A stretch of DNA of 64,000 nt from NCBI GenBank assembly GCA_963762565.1, contig CAVXLD010000001.1, positions 1,184,001 to 1,248,000 of the forward strand, given 5' to 3'. This DNA is from an uncultured Verrucomicrobiae bacterium (GTDB taxonomy: Bacteria; Verrucomicrobiota; Verrucomicrobiia; Chthoniobacterales; JAFAMB01). The notes beneath the pieces are model-generated. The model searched no databases, was not told the DNA's origin, and was given only the letters and a program-made list of their open reading frames with translations. This document shows, in pieces, positions 9,067 to 18,119 of this stretch. A program made the translations under genes and the position numbers. The stretch's first letter is position 1; each line of letters begins with the position of its first letter.

Positions 9067-10902
9067 ATGGCTATGGTGAACGACCTCGCGATGGAAATCC
9101 TCCCCAGATTTTGGTGCGCTGCCGGCGCAATGATATTCTTTACGATGTCGAATGCCCTTGGATGGGCGCCGGCAGGCGGTCATATGATGTCGAAATATGC
9201 AGCGGACGTGAACCCAAACTCGGTTTGGCCGGAATATCCACGCCCACAATTGATGAGGCCGAATTGGATTAACCTGAATGGGCTGTGGGATTACGCAGGT
9301 ACTAACGACCAAGCCAACCCGCCGAATAAATGGGCCGGGCAAATTCTGGTGCCTTTCCCGATCGAATCGGCTTTGAGCGGAGTTTGCCAAGTGCTCAAAC
9401 CGACTCAAACCTTATGGTATAAGCGCCAATTGGTTCTTTCTCCGCCAGGCAACGGACAACGCATTCTATTACATTTCGAAGCCGTAAACTACATCGCCGC
9501 GGTGATAGTGAACGGTAAACTCGTTGGTGAACATCAAGGCGGTTATGATCCGTTTACGTTCGACATCACGGACGCATTGGCTGCCTCAGGAACTCAGGAT
9601 CTTGTGGTCAAGGTAATCAATCCAACGGGCGAAGGGAAGTATCCCTATCAGCCCCGAGGCAAGTTAAGTTTAACCCCTGGCGGGATCTTCTATACCGATG
9701 CTAGTGGCATCTGGCAGACGGTATGGATTGAAATCGTCCCGGCGACTTATATCGCGGATTTATTGATCGTGCCGGACATCGACAACCAGAAGGCCCTGGT
9801 GACGGTTCAAGCGGGCGGCACTCGGCCGACTCAGCAACCGGACCAGGTAACCATTGAACTGACAGATAGCGAGGGAAAGAAGATCTCCACCGGTACCGGA
9901 CTGGGTAACACGCCGATCGCATTGAACGTGGCTGATGCCCATCTTTGGTCTCCGGATGATCCCTATCTTTACAGGCTAAAGGTCACCTACGGTTCCGACG
10001 TGGTGACGAGCTACTTGGGGATGCGCAAAGTCGAAATCAGCCAGGATGCAGATGGGATCCAGCGCATCTTTGTTAACCATAAGCCGCTATTCCTGTTTGG
10101 CCCCTTAGATCAAGGCTTTTGGCCGGATGGGATTTATCTCGCCCCCACGGATGCAGCCCTGCGGTCCGATCTCGAGTACGAAAAAATGCTCGGCTGTAAT
10201 ATGGTTCGTAAACACGTTAAGGTAGAACCTCGGCGTTGGTATTACTGGGCGGACAAACTTGGGCTGCTGGTCTGGCAAGATTTTCCTTCTCCGCAGGATT
10301 TTGCTCAAAAACAAGGTACGGCGGATCGTACGCGGCCCGCGGATCAAGCCGCGCAGATTGAGAAAGAGATGAAGGCCATGGTCGACACTCATCGGAACCA
10401 TCCTTGCATCATGATGTGGGTCGTATTCAACGAAGGCTGGGGTCAGTACGATACGGTGCGGATCGCTAATCTGTTCAAGACTTGGGACTCGACCCGCCTG
10501 GTCGATGACTCCAGCGGCTGGAACGATTTCGGCGCCGGCGATGTCCTTGACGACCACACTTATCCCTGGCCAAAGCCGGTTGCACACCAGCGCAATCGCG
10601 CCAGTGTGTTAGGTGAATTTGGCGGCGCTGGTTTCCCCATCCCGGGTCACCTATGGAATCCGAACAGCCAGTTCTCGGATGAACACGACCTGCCGAACGC
10701 GTCCGCTCAGCAACCTTTTATTATCGGCCGCTTGGAAACCGTAAAAGATCTGGCAACCAAAGGTCTTTCGGCGGCCGTGTACACTCAACTGAGCGACGTG
10801 GAAAACGAGGTCAACGGATTCTTAACTTATGACCGGACAACCGTGCAAAAAGCAAATCCGGATGCCGTTCGGCCTGCAGTGCGCAAGCTGTACGCGCCGT
10901 GA
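9067..10902 (+). CDS. Glycoside hydrolase family 2 (beta-galactosidase/arabinofuranosidase-like), secreted
   Basis: WPEYPRPQ, LNGLW, LHFEAV, SGIWQTVW, LWSPDDPYLY, LDQGFWPDG, RKHVKVE, acid/base motif WVVFNEGWGQ, GEFGG, YTQLSDVENE. Confidence 0.92.
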   Translation: MAMVNDLAMEILPRFWCAAGAMIFFTMSNALGWAPAGGHMMSKYAADVNPNSVWPEYPRPQLMRPNWINLNGLWDYAGTNDQANPPNKWAGQILVPFPIESALSGVCQVLKPTQTLWYKRQLVLSPPGNGQRILLHFEAVNYIAAVIVNGKLVGEHQGGYDPFTFDITDALAASGTQDLVVKVINPTGEGKYPYQPRGKLSLTPGGIFYTDASGIWQTVWIEIVPATYIADLLIVPDIDNQKALVTVQAGGTRPTQQPDQVTIELTDSEGKKISTGTGLGNTPIALNVADAHLWSPDDPYLYRLKVTYGSDVVTSYLGMRKVEISQDADGIQRIFVNHKPLFLFGPLDQGFWPDGIYLAPTDAALRSDLEYEKMLGCNMVRKHVKVEPRRWYYWADKLGLLVWQDFPSPQDFAQKQGTADRTRPADQAAQIEKEMKAMVDTHRNHPCIMMWVVFNEGWGQYDTVRIANLFKTWDSTRLVDDSSGWNDFGAGDVLDDHTYPWPKPVAHQRNRASVLGEFGGAGFPIPGHLWNPNSQFSDEHDLPNASAQQPFIIGRLETVKDLATKGLSAAVYTQLSDVENEVNGFLTYDRTTVQKANPDAVRPAVRKLYAP

Positions 10903-10914
10903 TGGTTAGGGATT

Positions 10915-11129
10915 CGTGGAGCGCTGCCTCGCTTGCGAGGCCGTGGTGACCGGAGCGATTTAGTCAGACATGCGCCGGCGTTGGCTTAAACTCTGTATCG
11001 TCCTCGGTTGAGTCGAAGATTTGGACTTCCACAGAAACCTACAAGCAATAGAGCACTGAACGGAAAGGGTAGTAATTGACCGCCCCTTCCTTGTTCACCA
11101 CGGCCTCGCAAGCGAGGCAGCGCTCCACG
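10915..11129. mobile_element. REP-like doublet with perfect 35-bp inverted arms
   Basis: CGTGGAGCGCTGCCTCGCTTGCGAGGCCGTGGTGA (10915-10949) and its exact reverse complement at 11095-11129. Solo arms at 16807-16836 and 20079-20108; partial arm at ~13931-13947. Confidence 0.85.
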
Positions 11130-11154
11130 GTTCCGACCGACGAGAACGAGGGGG

Positions 11155-11520
11155 TTAGCTCGATGACAGACAGAAGGTGTTTCCGTCAGGGTCCTTGAAT
11201 AGCACATAGGTGCCCCAGGGTTGCTTTTCTGGTTCACCTAGGAACTCGACTCCGCGGGCCTTCAACTCGGCGTACGTCTTGTCGATGTCGTCGCAGGTAA
11301 ACACCACGTTTGAAAACGTCCCCACCCGATCCTCATGTCCCTCCGGAGTAAATAACACGACCCTGGTTTCAGCCTTCGGGGGTTTTAGCTCGATCCAACG
11401 CTGTTTGTCGTTGAATGGTTGATCTGTGAGGATTGAGAAGCCTAGCTTCTCGGTAAAAAAGTCGAGCGCACGATCCTGATCGCGAACTGGCAGATTGACT
11501 AATTTGACGTGAGTTATCAT
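11155..11520 (-). CDS. VOC (glyoxalase/bleomycin resistance) family protein
   Basis: VRDQDRALDFFTEKLGF, DDIDKTYAELKARGVEF, QPWG, FKDPDGN. Confidence 0.92.
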   Translation of the reverse strand: MITHVKLVNLPVRDQDRALDFFTEKLGFSILTDQPFNDKQRWIELKPPKAETRVVLFTPEGHEDRVGTFSNVVFTCDDIDKTYAELKARGVEFLGEPEKQPWGTYVLFKDPDGNTFCLSSS

Positions 11521-11605
11521 AAAACGGAGATGGGCTAACTGCAGACTGCTTAAAGCAGCCGCCATCTGAGCTCAAAGCCAAAAAGCGTTGCCTTGACCGA
11601 AAGTG

Positions 11606-11626
11606 GTGTACCGATTAACGGTACAC
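11606..11626. promoter_or_regulatory. Perfect palindrome, candidate operator between the divergent VOC and HTH genes
   Basis: GTGTACCG-ATTAA-CGGTACAC. Confidence 0.5.
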
Positions 11627-11630
11627 GAGT

Positions 11631-11692
11631 AACGCCGTGATCGCCGGGATCGCCGGGAACGCCGCCGGGATCGCCGGCAACGCCGGGAACGG
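11631..11692. repeat. 9-nt periodic repeat arm (GATCGCCGG/AACGCCGGG)
   Basis: AACGCCGTG ATCGCCGGG ATCGCCGGG AACGCCG...; matches the reverse complement of 48379-48410. Confidence 0.7.
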
Positions 11693-11767
11693 TGAGAAAA
11701 GACAGCCGAAACGGCGTATGGGCGAGTGGGCGAAACGGCGACTCCTCCGGGCAGGTCGCGCAACCGT

Positions 11768-12181
11768 ATGACGACTTCTTTAAGATCCAATAATACCGGA
11801 TTCAGCTCGATACGAACGTCGGTTTTTACATTGGAACGGTACGTTACCGAGGTACTCATGCGAGACCTGATCGCTCACGATCATTTGCCGTCCGCTTTTC
11901 TCGTCTACCTTTTTCTTCGGGGTCGTGCGACCGTCCCAAAGACGAATCAGCAAATGCATCGTCGAAGGATGCGTCCGGTAACCATCAGCGTGCGCGAACT
12001 AGCGACGCAGACAGGCTTGGCTAAGAGTGTTGTCCAGACCGCGTTGATCGCGCTCCGCAGACGACAATTGATTCGATTGATTGCTCCGGACAAAACCGAG
12101 CGGCGAACGATCGCTGCTTCTTATGAGGTGTTACGTCCCTGGCGAAGAACAAATCGACGATCCCAGGCGATTTCAAACTAG
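11768..12181 (+). CDS. Winged helix-turn-helix domain protein
   Basis: YVTEVLMRDLIAHD..SAFLVYLFL, then HTH SVRELATQTGLAKSVVQTALIALRRRQLI, ending YEVLRPWRR. Confidence 0.7.
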   Translation: MTTSLRSNNTGFSSIRTSVFTLERYVTEVLMRDLIAHDHLPSAFLVYLFLRGRATVPKTNQQMHRRRMRPVTISVRELATQTGLAKSVVQTALIALRRRQLIRLIAPDKTERRTIAASYEVLRPWRRTNRRSQAISN

Positions 12182-12227
12182 CTAGAATCTAAATTCGTAA
12201 CCACGTTTAACTGGAAAAAACCTTACC

Positions 12228-13091
12228 ATGCCCAAGCTGCCATCCCCTCTGATTGACATCCTTTCGGCGGAATCGTTCGCGGCCGAACATCTTCCGGGTA
12301 GCGTCAACATCTGTGTCTATGAGACTGCGTTCATCGATAAGATTCGCGCAGCGTTTCCGGATACCAGCAGTGAGCTCACTGTGTACGGCTTAAATGATTC
12401 TACGTTGGAAGCCAGGGTCGCGTTAACAAAACTCGCAGATGCTGGGTACAGCCGAGTTCAGGCATTACCGGGTGGCTTGGAAGGCTGGAAGGCAAGCGGC
12501 GGAGACATCGTGCGAGGCGTAGCGACGGCGTTACCATCGGGCCGCTTCGAGGTCGATCAAATAGCCAGCCTGGTCGAATGGATGGGGCGAAATCTTTTTA
12601 ACCGGCACCTCGGCACCGCAGAACTCGGCCCCGGATACGTGCTGATCCAGAACGGTAGGCTGGCCGGCGGGCACCTTACTATTGACATGACGAGCCTCAG
12701 TTGCACGGACATGCCAGACCCCGGGCTTTGCGAACGGTTGATCGCGCATCTGGAGAGTGACGACTTCTTTGCCGTCGGAGAATATCCGCAAGCTGAGTTC
12801 GAGATCAGAGAGGCCGACTATCGATCGGGCGCCAGACCCGATGAACCGAACTATCAGATCAAAGGAGATTTTACCTTACGGGGAGTAACCCGACCGATCG
12901 AATTCGCAGCGGTGGTCGCGAGAAAAGCCGATGGTTCGTTCACCGCGCAAGCGTTACTGGACTTGGATCGAACCTTGTGGGGCGCTGACTACGGTTCGGC
13001 CAAGTTTTTTGGAGGGCTAGGCATGCACGTCGTTAACGATGACTTCCATCTCCAGTTGAAGGTCGTTACGAAAGATAAGGCGACGGAATGA
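12228..13091 (+). CDS. Rhodanese-like domain fused to YceI (polyisoprenoid-binding) domain
   Basis: FAAEHLPGSVNI...LPGGLEGWK (rhodanese); HLESDDFFAVGEYP, GDFTLRGVT, LDRTLWG (YceI). Confidence 0.85.
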   Translation: MPKLPSPLIDILSAESFAAEHLPGSVNICVYETAFIDKIRAAFPDTSSELTVYGLNDSTLEARVALTKLADAGYSRVQALPGGLEGWKASGGDIVRGVATALPSGRFEVDQIASLVEWMGRNLFNRHLGTAELGPGYVLIQNGRLAGGHLTIDMTSLSCTDMPDPGLCERLIAHLESDDFFAVGEYPQAEFEIREADYRSGARPDEPNYQIKGDFTLRGVTRPIEFAAVVARKADGSFTAQALLDLDRTLWGADYGSAKFFGGLGMHVVNDDFHLQLKVVTKDKATE

Positions 13092-13146
13092 GTTTCCGTG
13101 CGGCCTACGAGAAGTTTCGTTTTCGGATCGAGTTTGGGCCCATCGC

Positions 13147-13268
13147 CGGGAGGGTGTGCGTCCCCGCGCGCCGCGAGAACCTGCTACAACCCAAAGTGTA
13201 TTTTCGTCGGGGTCACAACCCACCCTCGACTTCGGTAACAGCGGATCGCGAGGACGCGATCCCTCCCG
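13147..13268. repeat. REP-like doublet (GGGAGGG family)
   Basis: CGGGAGGGTGTGCGTCCCCGCGCGCCGCG ... CGGATCGCGAGGACGCGATCCCTCCCG, between convergent genes. Confidence 0.8.
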
Positions 13269-13270
13269 CA

Positions 13271-13891
13271 TCAAACCAACGTCTTCAAAAACTCGCTGAC
13301 TTTCTGCTTCGCACCACTCAAGACTGATTCACCATCGCAGAACAATAGGACATCGAAATCATAGTCGAGGATTTTTGGTAGCGACGATTTGAGCATTTTG
13401 GAATCATCCAGTTTCTCTTCTGGAATCAGTCCCAAAGCTCCCGGCGGGTTACCGATGATGGCATCTCCTAGGATCAGGATACCGGCTTTGTCTCGGGCCG
13501 CAGCGTGATAAGCCGGACCGAGATACAGCCCAATCTCGCCGGGTGATTTACCCGGCAAATGGATAACGCGCAGCGCCTCACGGATCAGATCTCCTTCCTG
13601 AACGGCTTCATCAATCGGGAGCGAAACAAATTGAGGCAGCTCCTCCTTTCCGGCGATGATGCGAGCTCCGTAGCGGGTCCGGAACAGCGGCGCGTCGCGG
13701 ACATGATCGCGGTTGGTGAGAACAACCGTCGAAATCGGTGTCGGTAGGTTCTGCCAGCCGGCATCCTCCGGAGCTGGAGGATCAATCAGGACGACGCCTC
13801 CCGGCAGAACGATCGCATAACCGTTCAGATCCCATGGTCTGTCGGCATAAGTCGAACCCCAGGTGAAAATGCCGGGAAGAATCTCGCGCAT
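13271..13891 (-). CDS. Metallo-beta-lactamase fold protein (degenerate metal motif)
   Basis: VLIDPP, VLTNRDHVRD, IHLPGKSPGE, ILGDA, DFDVLLFCDG. Confidence 0.8.
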   Translation of the reverse strand: MREILPGIFTWGSTYADRPWDLNGYAIVLPGGVVLIDPPAPEDAGWQNLPTPISTVVLTNRDHVRDAPLFRTRYGARIIAGKEELPQFVSLPIDEAVQEGDLIREALRVIHLPGKSPGEIGLYLGPAYHAAARDKAGILILGDAIIGNPPGALGLIPEEKLDDSKMLKSSLPKILDYDFDVLLFCDGESVLSGAKQKVSEFLKTLV

Positions 13892-13960
13892 GTTCGAGAA
13901 TGCATGATGATGAGCGACGAAGCCAGCCGGAAGGCAGCGCTCCACGGCTAGCAGACAATT

Positions 13961-14266
13961 TTAGGCCTCCGCAGCGCCGAGTTTGGTAGCCTCAGGAACC
14001 TCGATCAGTTTCCCTGTCCTTACATCATAAACGAACCCGTAGATCGGGATTCGGCCAGGAACCAGAGGATGATTCCGAATACGGCGAACATCGGTTATGA
14101 CTGCCGAAGCCGGATCCTTAAAAGTCAACCAATCGAAAAATTCGCCATCCTCGGATCCAGGTCCGGCCCCAACATCACGCCACCCGTTTTGATCCACAAC
14201 TGCGGTCTCCAGACTGTTAGCCAGGAGGTCTCGGATTATGGCATCGGTAAAGAGCCCCATTCCGCA
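13961..14266 (-). pseudogene. Beta-class carbonic anhydrase, 3' half only (5' part lost at the duplication boundary)
   Basis: CGM..FT...DWLTF....[35 protein letters not shown]. The CxDxR motif and the His of HxxC are absent. Confidence 0.8.
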
Positions 14267-14311
14267 GGTTCGCTTGCTACTCAATTTTACCCCTTTTATC
14301 CCTGATCCGCT

Positions 14312-14807
14312 ATGTCCGCTCCTTCTCCCCGCTGGCATCTAGCTCAAATTAATATCGGCCGAATCCGCCCCCATGACCGATTCGCTTATGTCGGGGTTTG
14401 TGGCCGAGCTTGACCCCGTCAATGCTTTGGCCGATACCAGCCCCGGTTTCGTCTGGCGACTTCAGACCGACGCCGGAGATGCTACCGGCATTCGCCCGTA
14501 CGATGACGAAACCATCCTCATCAATATGTCGGTGTGGGAAAGCGTCGAAGCTCTCAAAGCCTTTGTTTATCGGACACATCACGCCGATGTCATGCGCCAA
14601 CGAGAGAAATGGTTCGAACACCTCGACACCTATTTCATCGCCCTCTGGTGGATACCGGCGGGGACTATTCCGACGGTTTTAGAAGCCAAGGTCCGGCTCG
14701 ATCATCTCCGCGAAAACGGCGAATCTCCCTACGCTTTCTCTTTCAAGAGAGTCTATCCGCCGTCGTCACCTGTCACGGTTTTAGACAATGCGGCTGATTC
14801 TGTATAA
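14312..14807 (+). CDS. DUF3291 family protein (copy 1; apparent frameshift near 14368)
   Basis: [19 protein letters not shown]..., then in another frame [42 protein letters not shown]. Confidence 0.85.
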
Positions 14808-14848
14808 ACCGTTGGCGCACTTCGCCTTTCTCTCTACAGATAAGCATT

Positions 14849-15790
14849 ATGCCATTGCCAACCGATGAGAAACTGCTGGCTCTAAGCCAGGATCTGCTCA
14901 AGCAATTCGATACCATCTTCGGTTTACATCCAGGTTTTCGCGCGGCGCACGCTCGCGGGACCATGCTCACCGGTACTTTTACGCCTGCTCCTGACGCTGC
15001 ATCCCTTACCAGAGCTCCCCATATCACCCGCGAATCGACTCCGGTTACCGCACGATTCTCTAGCTCAACCGGCATTCCGCTGTTGCCGGACAACGATCCG
15101 AATGCCAACCCGCGGGGGTTAGCCATTCGGTTTCATCTCGGCGAGCATGTGCACACGGACATTGTGAGCCATTCGATCGATGCCTTCCCCGCGAGGAACG
15201 CGCAGGAATTTCTAGAATTCTTGCGGGCGGTTGCAGCCAGCGGACCCGACGTTCCGTCACCGAAACCGGTTGAGATATTCTTGGGTTCACATCCGGCAGC
15301 GCTCGCTTTTGTACAAGCTCCGAAGCCGAGTCCGGCCAGTTTCGCCAAAGAAAACTTCTACGGAGTGACGGCGATGCGCTTCATCAACAAAGAGGGCGCC
15401 AGCCGTTACGGTCGATACCGGATTCTACCTGACGCCGGCGTCGAACATCTCGATCCGGAAATTACAAAGGACAAAGGGCCAGATTTCCTTTTCGATGAGT
15501 TAAGCGAACGGATCGCCGCGGCGCCGATTAGTTTTCAAATCTTTGCTCAGCTCGCGAACGAAGGTGACGAGGTCAACGACGTCGCCGTGCATTGGCCCGA
15601 AGATCGACCTTTAGCGCGGCTCGGCCAGATCGTTTTAACTGCACCGGCCGAAAATGACGCCCAAGAGCAGAAGAAAATTATCTTCGATCCAATCCCGCGA
15701 GTCGACGGGATCGAGCCATCGGATGATCCACTGTTGGAGGTACGTGCCGCGGTTTATCTGCTGAGCGGACGGCGACGACGCCAAGCGTAA
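14849..15790 (+). CDS. Catalase-related peroxidase (SrpA-like small catalase), copy 1
   Basis: GFRAAHARG distal His, ARFS, PRGLAIRF, FDP...DGIEPSDDPLL..RAAVY with the proximal Tyr. Confidence 0.92.
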   Translation: MPLPTDEKLLALSQDLLKQFDTIFGLHPGFRAAHARGTMLTGTFTPAPDAASLTRAPHITRESTPVTARFSSSTGIPLLPDNDPNANPRGLAIRFHLGEHVHTDIVSHSIDAFPARNAQEFLEFLRAVAASGPDVPSPKPVEIFLGSHPAALAFVQAPKPSPASFAKENFYGVTAMRFINKEGASRYGRYRILPDAGVEHLDPEITKDKGPDFLFDELSERIAAAPISFQIFAQLANEGDEVNDVAVHWPEDRPLARLGQIVLTAPAENDAQEQKKIIFDPIPRVDGIEPSDDPLLEVRAAVYLLSGRRRRQA

Positions 15791-15797
15791 AAAGGAT

Positions 15798-16041
15798 TCA
15801 CCACAAAGACACGAAGAACACAAAGACAATCCCAACCGCAGATGAACGCAGATTTGGAAGGGCCGTGCCACGCGCTCAGCGAAAGATGGCGCCACGATGC
15901 ACACGAAGCATTCGACGCAGCTTTGGCCGGTCTTTAGGTGGTTTGACCAATTCGTGTGCACAACGTGGCTTTTTTATCTGCGTTAATCCGTGTTCATCTG
16001 CGGTTGGCCTTTCGTTCGTGTTCTTTGCTCCTTTGTGGTGA
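15798..16041. repeat. Three nested inverted-repeat pairs with 9-nt periodic arms (second copy at 19068-19313)
   Basis: Outer pair 15798-15824/16015-16041; middle pair 15832-15855/15985-16007; inner pair 15891-15907/15951-15969. Confidence 0.75.
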
Positions 16042-16053
16042 GTGCACTGCGGA

Positions 16054-16785
16054 TTACTCCCGGCGGGCCTCGAAGTAGGTGTTACAGATTTCGAGGATGA
16101 TGGTATTGGGTCCTTCGACCAAAACGGTTTCACCCGGCACCGCCTCACTGCCGTTCAGGGATAGTTCGGCGATCTTCACATTCGGGTGATTAATGGTGAT
16201 CTGCTTAACTGCAGATGCCGCGATCCCGAGCTGGTTAAAGTCCACGTGCGATCTGCTACCGGAATCGCCCTGAGCAAACTCTTGTGCGCCGAGCATGTTC
16301 GTTGAGCTCCCCGAGCTTGGTACATTGGTCGTTTTCCAACGGAAACTGTCGGCGCGATATTCTATCTCGGTGCCTACCAGGGTTTGCGCCTGTTTGCTGT
16401 CCAGGCACGTGACCGTATCGGCAGGCAATACTTTATGGACGATCCATTTCCCAAGCAGCTCCGGAGGGATTTTACCGACGGGCGTGGTATTCGATCCTGC
16501 TTGGGCAACTAACTGTTCAAGAAAATCGGCTCGCGCTTTTGTGGCCTGAGCTAAACAGGCAGCATCTTTGCCACATTTTTGATCTCGTTGCTTGAGCCAG
16601 TCCAATTCCTGCCTGCGCAACTCCGCCAGTTTAGCTGGGTTACCACGGAGTTGTGCCACTCGCTGTTGGTAGGCCTGATTAAGGCGGGCGTCTTCCTGAC
16701 TAAGCCCGGCTTCTTGCGCGGCCGAGATAGTGGCGCAGGCGCCGGCTGCCAATAGGATGATGCCCTTATGTAACCTGCATTTCAT
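16054..16785 (-). CDS. Secreted protein with LprI/DUF1311-like helical domain, copy 1
   Basis: Signal peptide MKCRLHKGIILLAAGACATISAAQ; DARLNQAYQ...LRRQELDWLKQRDQKC...CL..ATKAR. Confidence 0.75.
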   Translation of the reverse strand: MKCRLHKGIILLAAGACATISAAQEAGLSQEDARLNQAYQQRVAQLRGNPAKLAELRRQELDWLKQRDQKCGKDAACLAQATKARADFLEQLVAQAGSNTTPVGKIPPELLGKWIVHKVLPADTVTCLDSKQAQTLVGTEIEYRADSFRWKTTNVPSSGSSTNMLGAQEFAQGDSGSRSHVDFNQLGIAASAVKQITINHPNVKIAELSLNGSEAVPGETVLVEGPNTIILEICNTYFEARRE

Positions 16786-16841
16786 TTTCCACGGTTCCGA
16801 CCGAGTCGGCCTCGCAAGCGAGGCAGCGCTCCACGGTTTTG

Positions 16842-17501
16842 CTAGCTGGGGAGAGCGAAACAAACGATCTCGTTTACCGCTCGATGGTTTGACCAAAAGT
16901 TCGATCCGTCAAAAGCCAATGAACGGCATGGGAACGGCACCTTGGCTAAGTCCTCGATGCGGGATGAGCCGGAGGATTGTAAATTCAAACGGGCGATGCT
17001 CCAATCTTCGTTCCCCTGCTCCGTTCCACGCAGAACGTAAATCGCTCCCCCGAAATAGGTGTGCCCGCAAATCTCAGCGCCAATGTCGTACGTCTCCAGG
17101 ATACTTCCGCTAGGATCGAGTTTCAGAATACGATGCTTATACCATTGGCTAAGATAGACGTGGCTGCCGTCGTAGCTCAGGTAGGATCCGGTAAACTCCG
17201 GACAAGCAACCCGATCGGTTTCGGAGAATCCACTATCGGAAGAATAACGTCGCAGATACCGATCGTCCGCGGCTCCTTCTCCGATATTGAAACAGAGCGC
17301 TTCACCGGTTGAGACAGCCGCCGATGGTATTCCTGGCGCTTCGGTTTCTTTGAATACGCGCAGACTTTCCGGCTCAATCCCGTAAATACGCCGTAAGTCA
17401 CGCGAGCCCATCCATAAGGCATCGTTGTGCCAAGCTAACGCTTGAGGTGTCACGGCAGGGGAAGCGACGCGCCTGCGTTCTTTAATTGCTGGTAGCGACA
17501 T
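16842..17501 (-). CDS. Hypothetical beta-propeller protein (glutaminyl-cyclase/NHL-like repeats), copy 1
   Basis: Repeated PQALAWHNDALW, LSYDGSHVYL and SLAFDGSNFWS blades. Confidence 0.7.
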   Translation of the reverse strand: MSLPAIKERRRVASPAVTPQALAWHNDALWMGSRDLRRIYGIEPESLRVFKETEAPGIPSAAVSTGEALCFNIGEGAADDRYLRRYSSDSGFSETDRVACPEFTGSYLSYDGSHVYLSQWYKHRILKLDPSGSILETYDIGAEICGHTYFGGAIYVLRGTEQGNEDWSIARLNLQSSGSSRIEDLAKVPFPCRSLAFDGSNFWSNHRAVNEIVCFALPS

Positions 17502-17581
17502 GGGGGGTTCGGGTTGCGGGTTAGGAGTCACAGGTTTCGACTTACGCTACTCAATTTTACCCCTTTTATCCCTGATCCGCT

Positions 17582-18068
17582 ATGTCCGCTCCTTCTCCCC
17601 GCTGGCATCTAGCTCAAATTAATATCGGCCGAATCCGCCCCCATGACCGATTCGCTTATGTCGGGCTTTGTGGCCGAGCTTGATCCCGTCAATGCTTTGG
17701 CCGATACCAGCCCCGGTTTCGTTTGGCGACTTCAGACCGACGCCGGAGATGCTACCGGCATTCGCCCGTACGATGACGAAACCATCCTCATCAATATGTC
17801 GGTGTGGGAAAGCGTCGAAGCTCTCAAAGCCTTTGTTTATCGGACACATCACGCCGATGTCATGCGCCAACGAGAGAAATGGTTCGAACACCTCGACACC
17901 TATTTCATCGCCCTCTGGTGGATACCGGCGGGGACTATTCCGACGGTTTTAGAAGCCAAGGTCCGGCTCGATCATCTCCGCGAAAACGGCGAATCTCCCT
18001 ACGCTTTCTCTTTCAAGAGAGTCTATCCGCCTTCGTCACCTATCACGGTTTTAGACAATCGCGGCTGA
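17582..18068 (+). CDS. DUF3291 family protein (copy 2; same apparent 5' frameshift)
   Basis: Duplicate of 14312-14807; C-terminus differs because of a 1-nt indel. Confidence 0.85.
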
Positions 18069-18119
18069 TTCTGTATAAACCGTTGGCGCACTTCGCCTTT
18101 CTCTCTACAGATAAGCATT

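Noticed and set aside
14360..14375. Programmed frameshift in DUF3291
   Set aside because: The apparent 2-nt loss (CGCGCC to CGCC) is present in both copies, but no slippery heptamer or stimulatory structure is evident. Error or mutation is more likely.
16786..16896. N-terminal extension of the LprI-like ORF (likewise the 20774-20902 extension of the propeller ORF and the 27306-27380 extension of the ligase)
   Set aside because: The extensions run through repeat arms; downstream ATGs give proper signal peptides or domain starts.
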